From positions 12,839 to 76,838 of IMG/VR virus record IMGVR_UViG_3300044982_000128: a DNA stretch of 64,000 bases, one strand, 5' to 3'. Of the stretch, positions 57,295 through 64,000 are shown piece after piece. The stretch is from a virus. A model generated the notes under the pieces. That model did not search any database. It was given only the letters and a program-made list of their open reading frames with translations, and had not been told where the DNA came from. Made by a program: the position numbers and the translations under genes. The first letter of the stretch is position 1; every line of letters begins with the position of its first letter.

Positions 57295-59067
57295 ATCGCG
57301 AACATTACGTTCATCGGCGTCGCGCGAAAGTCCGCGAAACAGGAACATATAGATCCGAGGGCGCGCCATCTTCAGGATTGGATATCCGCGTCAGACTCCG
57401 CCCGCAATAAAGCGTTGGGTGAAAACTTTTTTAAGTCGGCTGAAGACTTGTATAACCTTCAAGACGCTATGACGCCAGGGCCTGTGTATCGGCCTAGTCT
57501 CTCAATACCGATGCTGCAGCGAATTATGCTGGAGGAAGCAAATCAAGTGAGTAACTTGAGCCCACGCATGTACGTTTTTCCTTCCGCCGGTTCTTCTGAT
57601 CCTTCATATCAAGGAGCGCAGCAAGCTGATTCTTCTCTTCCGTCGTCTTCTGCTCGGGATCTTTCCCGCGAGGTCTCGCTTCAAGCCCAGTGGCAAATCT
57701 CCAAAATGAATCTGCATCTGTTGATGTCCGGGCTGACTGCGCGGTACTGCGGAGCTGGATGGATCGTCGCTGGATTTGACCCTGATCTTTCCAGAGCTCG
57801 CGGCGGTATGTGGGCTCGGTCGACCGATCCTCGCTTGGTTTTCTTTGACCCTGGTACCGATTACACTTGGAACCCGTCGTACGCAGGATGGGGGACCTGG
57901 ATGAACCTCGAGGATGTCCGGTTGAAGTGGCCGGAAACAAGTCGAGCGATCCAGCCAAAGCACACGTCGGGCGGGTTTCAACCATTTTCCGGAGACTCTG
58001 GTTATGGGATCTCGCAGCCGCCGGGGCCGATGTCCTCGATGCCTGGCGCTCCCGGAAGTAACTCAAAAACGGGCAGCAGCGAGTGGCGTGTTCTCGTCCA
58101 TCACTGCTTTTGTCGTGATTACACTCGCGAAGAAGTTCCCAAGCCGGACGTGCCTACGACATCATTGATCGATCCGGAAGTCCGGTTGAAATACCCCAAC
58201 GGGCGTTGGTTTATTGAGTGTGAGGGCATTATTCTTCAGGACGGCGATAATCCCTATCCGCCGCGTCGCGACATCTCTGCCCCCCGGTTTCCGATTTTTC
58301 CTCACTACACATTGCCACCTCTCTTCGGCCCCTGGGGAATTCCCGTTACGCGCATGACCGAAAATATGCAGCGTCTGGCGCAGCGGTTTTATTCTCAAAT
58401 TTTTGAAAATGGCTTGCGCATGAACAACGCGTTATGGGTCGTGGACGAAAATACCGGGATAGATATCGACGGCTTCGGGGGCCTGCCAGGCGAGGTGGTG
58501 ACGATCAAGCCGGGCTCGCGGCCACCGCAGCCGATTACGCCGCAGGCGATCGGTTCAGGAGCCATGCAGGGAGCCGAGAAACTTCTCGCGCTGCAGAACG
58601 ATGTGCTCGGATTCTCAGCGTCTCGGCAGGGCGATCCAGGCGCCGGCAACGTGTCGACTGATCTGTTCGATTCGGCAGTGTTGCAGTCGTCGGGTTTGTT
58701 GCAACTGGCTGGACGGTTTTTGGCGGAAACGACACAGATGGCCGGAGAATTTTTCTTCGACACGATGTGTAAGTATCAAGATAAGAGCACTTTACCGTAT
58801 CGCGGACCCGAGGGAATCACCCTTGCTTCGTGGGCCGGCATGGTCGATCCTTCAACTTACGATGTGGCGCTGGATGAAGCTTCGGTACGGCCGCTCAGCG
58901 AAGCGATCGTTCGCAAAATTACGCCGGATCTGATGAAATCCGGAGTTGTGGGGCCGGAGCGCGGGCTACGGACACTGGGTTACCCGGATCCCGAGGGAAT
59001 TGCCTCTGAGCAGCAGACGCAGCAGGCCCTGGCCGCGTTGGCTAAAGTTCGGAGTGGGAGAAAGTAA
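57295..59067 (+). CDS. Portal protein, probable non-canonical ATC start
   Basis: Size and position between terL and scaffold/capsid; DP..VFFDP and Q...G.....QG motifs. The frame is open from 57259 with no ATG/GTG/TTG before TTG 57415. Confidence 0.7.
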   Translation: MANITFIGVARKSAKQEHIDPRARHLQDWISASDSARNKALGENFFKSAEDLYNLQDAMTPGPVYRPSLSIPMLQRIMLEEANQVSNLSPRMYVFPSAGSSDPSYQGAQQADSSLPSSSARDLSREVSLQAQWQISKMNLHLLMSGLTARYCGAGWIVAGFDPDLSRARGGMWARSTDPRLVFFDPGTDYTWNPSYAGWGTWMNLEDVRLKWPETSRAIQPKHTSGGFQPFSGDSGYGISQPPGPMSSMPGAPGSNSKTGSSEWRVLVHHCFCRDYTREEVPKPDVPTTSLIDPEVRLKYPNGRWFIECEGIILQDGDNPYPPRRDISAPRFPIFPHYTLPPLFGPWGIPVTRMTENMQRLAQRFYSQIFENGLRMNNALWVVDENTGIDIDGFGGLPGEVVTIKPGSRPPQPITPQAIGSGAMQGAEKLLALQNDVLGFSASRQGDPGAGNVSTDLFDSAVLQSSGLLQLAGRFLAETTQMAGEFFFDTMCKYQDKSTLPYRGPEGITLASWAGMVDPSTYDVALDEASVRPLSEAIVRKITPDLMKSGVVGPERGLRTLGYPDPEGIASEQQTQQALAALAKVRSGRK

Positions 59068-59312
59068 TGGAGCCAACGATTGCAAACAAGCAATCCGATC
59101 CAGTTTCCGAGTTATCTCGTCTCGTTCCCTCTCACAATTGGCGCGCGCATTGGTTGACTGTTCAGGAATTTGCGCGCGTGATGGGCCGCGATCCTCAGAC
59201 TGTTTACTGGTGGATTGGGAACGGAACTTTAGCCGAATTCGGAGTTCCGGTTTGCCAATTCCGCGGCAGCAGGCTGCACTCGGGCAGGACGTTTATCTTA
59301 AATATCTACTGA
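59067..59312 (+). CDS. Small HTH (MerR/excisionase-like) regulator
   Basis: WLTVQEFARVMGRDPQTVYWWIGNG. Confidence 0.75.
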   Translation: MEPTIANKQSDPVSELSRLVPSHNWRAHWLTVQEFARVMGRDPQTVYWWIGNGTLAEFGVPVCQFRGSRLHSGRTFILNIY

Positions 59313-59317
59313 TTTAG

Positions 59318-59370
59318 CTCTTAGTGTTATGGAGGCATGGTTTACGCCGTCTCCTTCCCGCTCTATCCTT
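59318..59370 (+). promoter_or_regulatory. Putative late promoter, copy 2
   Basis: CTCTTAGTGTTATGG-N31-TATCCTT; TTTACG-N17-TATCCT. Confidence 0.7.
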
Positions 59371-59424
59371 CCCTTAATCGCACCCACATCGGCTTAGGCC
59401 TCGTTCGTGCGGAAGGAGAACATC

Positions 59425-60069
59425 ATGGCTCGTCGTCACCGCAAGGAAAAGAAACGGAATTAATCCGGCGGCGGAGAGAAATCTTCGCCTGACCTGATCT
59501 ACCTCCCTGTCGTCCGTCGTCGTATCCACTTCCGAAAGGAGCCTCAGTCCAGATGGCCGGAAATCCCTCGAAATCAGATCCCCGCGTCGTCAAAGACTTT
59601 GGTCAGCCACGGAAGTTTCTGCGCGACATGCGTGCCAGGGCCGCTAAGAATTCCCGTAAGGGATCGAAACGGACCTAGCTCATCCCGGAGACGGCGCTGC
59701 TGGCCTTCGCGCCCCGTCTTCTTAACAGCCGAGCATTGGATTTCGGTCCAGCATGCCTCGGCGACCGGAGCGAAGGAGGTACGCAGATGGCAGCTCGTGG
59801 TGGTAGGCGATCCAAGCGTCGGCGCACCGCCGCTCGCAAGTGAGAGGGATTTAGGTTCCTCTTTTTGGCGGCGAGGCGAAAACTGGTGGGGGACTAGAAT
59901 TTGCCCCGCTCGCTGAAAGCGTTCGATGCGCAAGACAGGAGGACGGGTCGGAGCAATCCGGCCCCAACTCCCCAATTCGGTCGAGGAGACTCACATGAAG
60001 AAGATGGGCTGCAAGATCATGAACATGACCCGGAACGTGGATCGCAGGGTCGGCAGGAAGCGGAAGTAA
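59425..60069 (+). other. Four protamine-like micro-ORFs (59425-59463, 59553-59678, 59787-59843, 59995-60069)
   Basis: Each has a strong SD: MARRHRKEKKRN; MAGNPSK...RKGSKRT; MAARGGRRSKRRRTAARK; MKKMGCK...RRVGRKRK. Confidence 0.7.
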
Positions 60070-60081
60070 TTCAAGAGGATT

Positions 60082-60630
60082 TTGATGGCAGGCGTGAAGA
60101 AAGAAAACCGGCGAATGCTCAAAAGTGACATTAAAGATGTCGATTGGGCTCGGCTTGCTGCTTACATCGATGGCGAAGGCTGCATTATCATCCACACCAA
60201 TCGTGCGCAGGAAGCCCTCGGGAAATCACGAATGCATTCTCTGGCGATTACCGTAACCAATACTGACCCACGCTTGACGGTTTGGGTGTTCGAGACATTC
60301 GGTGTCGGGCAGTTTTATCAAAAGCAAAAGTGCCCAAGTATTACCGCGAACATGGGCGAGGGAAAGAAATGGCGGCAGTGCCATGTTTGGACAGTCACGG
60401 CGGATCTTGCCGCTCAGTTATTGGTAGGATGTTTGCCTTTTTTCGTCATTAAGCGTGAGCAGGCTGAAATTGCCATTGCGTTTCAGAAGACCAAAACTTA
60501 CCACAACGGTGGCGGTAAGCGGGGGACTCGTGTCCCTACAAATGTGATTCATATGCGTGAGCAAATGGCTCATGATGTTCGTGAACTTAAGCACGTAAAC
60601 TACGAAGTGAAGGAGGCCGTAAATGGCTAA
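60082..60630 (+). CDS. Free-standing LAGLIDADG homing endonuclease
   Basis: DWARLAAYIDGEGCI, V.NTD, PF.VIK.EQA; start uncertain. Confidence 0.85.
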   Translation: MMAGVKKENRRMLKSDIKDVDWARLAAYIDGEGCIIIHTNRAQEALGKSRMHSLAITVTNTDPRLTVWVFETFGVGQFYQKQKCPSITANMGEGKKWRQCHVWTVTADLAAQLLVGCLPFFVIKREQAEIAIAFQKTKTYHNGGGKRGTRVPTNVIHMREQMAHDVRELKHVNYEVKEAVNG

Positions 60631-60799
60631 AATCAAAGAGGCTATGGGAAATACCTTCGATGATCGCGTCTTAAAATCCCCTCTCACGGTCGGAAGAACC
60701 GGCAACGAGCCCGGTCCCGACGTGAACAATAATCCGATCGCTCAGCCCAAAGATCCGCTGGGCCTGATTCCCGAGGGCGGACAGAAGCCGGGTTGGTAA
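60623..60799 (+). CDS. 58-aa hypothetical protein
   Basis: AAGGAGG RBS; MAKIKEAMGNTFDD...KPGW*. Confidence 0.6.
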   Translation: MAKIKEAMGNTFDDRVLKSPLTVGRTGNEPGPDVNNNPIAQPKDPLGLIPEGGQKPGW

Positions 60800-60831
60800 G
60801 CAGTAAAGCATCGAACGAGGATTTGATCTAA

Positions 60832-61338
60832 ATGGCAGCAGGGAATCCAGCCTTGGCGCAGATGATGGCGCGGCAACTGATCGGCAAGCTTGCAGGAGGC
60901 GCGCCTGGTGCAGGCGGTCCTCCCGCAGGTCCCGGTAGTCCGATGCCTCCTCCGCCGGGGATGACGGGTCAGGGTGGGCCTCCCGGTCCGGGTGGGCCAG
61001 CAGGACCAGGCGGCCCCGGCTCCCCGCCCACGACTCCTGCCGGTCTTCAACTCTCTCAGCAACTGGCCGAGCTTCAGGGCGCCGATCCTGACGCCATGAT
61101 CAAGTCTCTGACTTCAATGAAGTCGATGGCGGTTCAGCAGTACACGCGCGCTGCGTTCACCATGCCCGGCGTCACGCGTAATCTCGCCCAGGTTGTCAAG
61201 TATCTCGATAATTGCATCCAGGAAGCGGAAAAGGCAGCAGCTACCACGGCTGCGGCTGGCCCGATCGCCAACAACGCAGCCATTCCCAATCCCGCTGGTC
61301 AGAACGCACCGGTCAATGGAATGGGATCACAACAATAG
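60832..61338 (+). CDS. Pro/Gly-rich head-module protein
   Basis: Low-complexity N-half, helical C-half. Confidence 0.55.
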   Translation: MAAGNPALAQMMARQLIGKLAGGAPGAGGPPAGPGSPMPPPPGMTGQGGPPGPGGPAGPGGPGSPPTTPAGLQLSQQLAELQGADPDAMIKSLTSMKSMAVQQYTRAAFTMPGVTRNLAQVVKYLDNCIQEAEKAAATTAAAGPIANNAAIPNPAGQNAPVNGMGSQQ

Positions 61339-61350
61339 AAGGAGTCCCCC

Positions 61351-62334
61351 ATGGCGTTGAAAGACATTCTTTTGAACGCGAAGTACCCGGATGACATGGT
61401 GCTGAACCTGCCCGACGGGTCCACGGTCAACGTTGGCGAAATTCGCTCTCTTCCGGCTGCCGAGCGTCAGGCTCTGACCTCGCAGATCGAGCAGCGTCAG
61501 AACACTCTTGGCCAGGCCGAGCTTGCATTCGCAGCCAAATTTCAAGATGCGGTCAAGGCCGGTTGGATCGCGCAGGATGGAAAGATTGTGGCTCCGGTGC
61601 AGCAGCAACAGCAACAGCAACAGGCCAAGCAGCCCACGGCCGCTGAGCTTCGCGCCGCTGCTCAGGCTGAATACGGTCTTTCCGATGACGACCCACTGCT
61701 TGGACCGGTTGTGAAGCAGATGAAGGCTGAGCTAGCGCAGCGTGACGCGCGTCTCGCTGAATTGACCACTAAGCTTGACGCCCTGCCCGGACAGTTCGAT
61801 TCTCTCAAGTCCACCCTCACCGATTCGCTTGGCAAGGTAACCGGCGTGGTCAACACCTCAGTTGGTCGCTATTTGAACGACACGTACCAGCAGCAGTATG
61901 CGCAGGCGATCAAGGATTTGCCCAAGGACGTCAAGGTTGATTATGAAGCCGCTTACAAATACGCTTCTGACCACGGCCTCAAGGACAAGGACGGATTCCT
62001 TCAGATTCCCGATGCGGTGGACCGGCTGACCTGGAACGATCGCAAAAAGGCTGAACTCGAAGCGGCCAAGGCTGATCTGATTGCCAAGACTACGAAGGAT
62101 CTTGAAGAGAAGAATCGCATTTCCACCCTGACGCCTCCGTCGCGCAATCCGCTCACACAGACGGCCAAGGTCAAGGACGGTGAGTTCAACCCTTACAACG
62201 AGCGTACCGATTCCAAGGGAAACAAGGTCCGCGCCGTCAAGTCTTTCGAGGAAGCGATGTCGGAAGCGATGTCGGATGAAGATGTTCTGAAATCGGCGCT
62301 CTCGACGGCCAGTTTCGGTGGCGGAGTTCAGTAA
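61351..62334 (+). CDS. Putative capsid scaffold protein
   Basis: Helical/coiled-coil, directly upstream of the major capsid gene. Confidence 0.6.
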   Translation: MALKDILLNAKYPDDMVLNLPDGSTVNVGEIRSLPAAERQALTSQIEQRQNTLGQAELAFAAKFQDAVKAGWIAQDGKIVAPVQQQQQQQQAKQPTAAELRAAAQAEYGLSDDDPLLGPVVKQMKAELAQRDARLAELTTKLDALPGQFDSLKSTLTDSLGKVTGVVNTSVGRYLNDTYQQQYAQAIKDLPKDVKVDYEAAYKYASDHGLKDKDGFLQIPDAVDRLTWNDRKKAELEAAKADLIAKTTKDLEEKNRISTLTPPSRNPLTQTAKVKDGEFNPYNERTDSKGNKVRAVKSFEEAMSEAMSDEDVLKSALSTASFGGGVQ

Positions 62335-62431
62335 GCAAGTTTTGGTGGGACTGAGAATCGTCTCAGTCCTCTAATTTCAACTTTCAACCCGTCGGCATCC
62401 TCCCCCGCTTGCCCGACCCGGAGACCTTCCA

Positions 62432-63418
62432 ATGGCCAATAGTGTGGTTGGACTGGGACTTGCATCGCCGCCGGTACAGCTCTCGAACACCGTCAACGCG
62501 ATTTCCCAGAAATTTATCGTCCCTGTCCTCGGCGACAACGTGTTCAAGCCATCCCCTGTTTTCTGGGCTCTCACCCGAGAGGGCAAACGGTTTGGCGCCG
62601 GCGAATTGATCTTCCCGGAAATCTACCAGGAAGAGCTTCCCGGCGGCGCGTACTACGGCGACCAATTGCTTGACACCTCGGTCGTCGATTCCGTGCAGCC
62701 GGCGAACCAACAGTGGAAGCCGTACCGCCAGCCTGTCGTGATTCCGATCACCGACATCATTCTGAACCGCGGCGGCTCGAACAACCTGGATATCATCCGG
62801 GCGAAGTTCCAGACCGCATCCGGCAGCTTCCTGCAGAAGCTCTCGCGCGCCCTGTGGCACACCTCGCCGCAGAACACGTCGCTCGATGTGGACGATCTCA
62901 ATTCGTGGGTCGTGTCGACCACGAACACGATCGCAGGCATCAACCGCGCGTCTTCGGCGAATGCCTGGTGGCTGGCCGCAACTGCTGTTGCCGGCGGTTC
63001 CGCTGCGCTGTCTTCGGCTACTGCCGAGCCCGGATATCAGTCCGTCACCTGGGGTTATGACGAGCCCGATCTGTTTGTGATGAACCGGACATCTTACGCG
63101 GCGTTCAAGAATCAGTTTGTCTCGAACATCCGCTTTGGCCAGGGAATGCAGGACGATGAAGCTCTGCAGGTCGGCTTCCGCAATCACTTCCTGTTCAACA
63201 ACGCGGTGACGGTAGCCGATTACTTTGCGACCGCCAATCAGGCTCTGCTGCTGAACTCGAAGTACATCTTCCCGGTCTTTCACGAGGCGGATTACTTCAA
63301 CGTGGATCCGTTCCTGAAGCCGTCGAACCAGCGTGTTCTGGTGTCGTGCATGTATCTGACCTGGAATCTGAGCTGCATTTCGCCCAGGATGAACGTGCCG
63401 TTCACATCGATCACCTAA
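62432..63418 (+). CDS. Major capsid protein
   Basis: 328 aa; DNVF..SP, Y.G...L, QWK, N.G....D....K and PD..V patterns of an HK97-fold capsid family; position. Confidence 0.85.
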   Translation: MANSVVGLGLASPPVQLSNTVNAISQKFIVPVLGDNVFKPSPVFWALTREGKRFGAGELIFPEIYQEELPGGAYYGDQLLDTSVVDSVQPANQQWKPYRQPVVIPITDIILNRGGSNNLDIIRAKFQTASGSFLQKLSRALWHTSPQNTSLDVDDLNSWVVSTTNTIAGINRASSANAWWLAATAVAGGSAALSSATAEPGYQSVTWGYDEPDLFVMNRTSYAAFKNQFVSNIRFGQGMQDDEALQVGFRNHFLFNNAVTVADYFATANQALLLNSKYIFPVFHEADYFNVDPFLKPSNQRVLVSCMYLTWNLSCISPRMNVPFTSIT

Positions 63419-63494
63419 CGAGCCAGGGGCGGAAAAGGCAGACTAGGCACGGCCTGGATTCAACCTTCTCCGCTCAACCCCAAGGAGAATTCCC

Positions 63495-63926
63495 ATGGCG
63501 CTACCTTTTCAAAATCCAGTTTCTCAGTGCATGCCGGGGTTCGGCTCGCCTTCATTCTACGGGGCTGCGACTCAGACTCCCACCACCACGGCCGCAGTCA
63601 CGCTTACGATCGGCGCGACGGCCACCACGCCTTCAACCGGCGGCACCGCGTTCAACCTCAACGGCGGTCCGGCTCCGACCTCGGGCAAGTGGCATCTGCG
63701 CATGGCCGGCGCGGTAGGGACACCGACTCTCGCGCTTCAGGTCACCGTCTCCGATGGCACGAACACCTGGACTGTTGCAACGATTCCGGCATCCGTGGCC
63801 ACCAATTATCTCGACTACACGGGCGAGTTCAAGACTGATGTCTCGATCACCTCCGTGGCGTTCGTAGCCACTCCTGGTGGTGGCGGAACTTCGATCCCGC
63901 TGGATGCGGAAGTCTCGCTCGTTTAG
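63495..63926 (+). CDS. Putative capsid decoration/cement protein
   Basis: Thr/Gly/Ala-rich beta protein right after the capsid gene; AAGGAG RBS. Confidence 0.5.
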   Translation: MALPFQNPVSQCMPGFGSPSFYGAATQTPTTTAAVTLTIGATATTPSTGGTAFNLNGGPAPTSGKWHLRMAGAVGTPTLALQVTVSDGTNTWTVATIPASVATNYLDYTGEFKTDVSITSVAFVATPGGGGTSIPLDAEVSLV

Positions 63927-63964
63927 GCTGGTTAGCCTGTCATCGTTCACCGCGGCTCCAATGT

Positions 63965-63999
63965 CGGCGGTAGCTCTACCTGACCGGGAGCTACCGCCG
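63965..63999 (+). terminator. GC-rich hairpin, probable terminator
   Basis: CGGCGGTAGCTC...GAGCTACCGCCG 12-bp stem; any U-tract lies beyond the window. Confidence 0.55.
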
Positions 64000-64000
64000 C

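Noticed and set aside
59845-60630. Group I intron around the LAGLIDADG ORF
   Set aside because: No P7/catalytic core motifs were recognised and no flanking gene is split; the ORF overlaps the next gene's start.
61600-61625. CAG/CAA tandem repeat
   Set aside because: It simply encodes a poly-Gln linker in the scaffold protein.
1-64000. Genome-wide stop-codon reassignment (code 4 or 15)
   Set aside because: Long genes are intact under code 11, and TAG and TGA end many genes at coupled junctions; only two or three internal stops were found.

Overview
This window is most of a tailed dsDNA phage genome (Caudoviricetes-like). No integrase, host housekeeping genes or CRISPR array were seen. An Acidobacteria-like Gram-negative host is suggested only by the style of the secreted proteins (inference). 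Layout: (1) 1-9067 (+) late region of large signal-peptide beta-helix proteins and a lysis cassette with a GH24 lysozyme. (2) ~9000-32650 (-) accessory and replication genes: DNA methyltransferase, Prim-Pol/SF3 helicase, family A DNA polymerase, DUF2815 SSB, DUF2800 nuclease, SNF2-like helicase, RuvC-like resolvase and a PAP2/IPC-synthase-like enzyme. (3) 33013-50770 (+) early/middle genes, including an RNA-rich locus and a glycosyltransferase cluster. (4) 50774-63926 (+) head module: intein-containing large terminase, portal, scaffold and major capsid. Most notable: (a) a DIP1984/DUF6847-like coiled-coil gene followed directly by a ~300-nt closed-stem RNA that contains a full tRNA cloverleaf, a 7-nt-periodic CTGAAAG array and a 12-nt copy of the gene's own start region, a candidate undescribed ribonucleoprotein system; (b) a complete circularly permuted (two-piece) tmRNA gene with tag ATAEPFALPMAA; (c) a duplicated late-promoter architecture driving clusters of polybasic micro-proteins; (d) a covarying two-hairpin leader shared by two unrelated genes; (e) two clear and one tentative gene with in-frame stop codons, plus a probable AUC-initiated portal. 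All family names come from motif recognition by eye, not from database searches.
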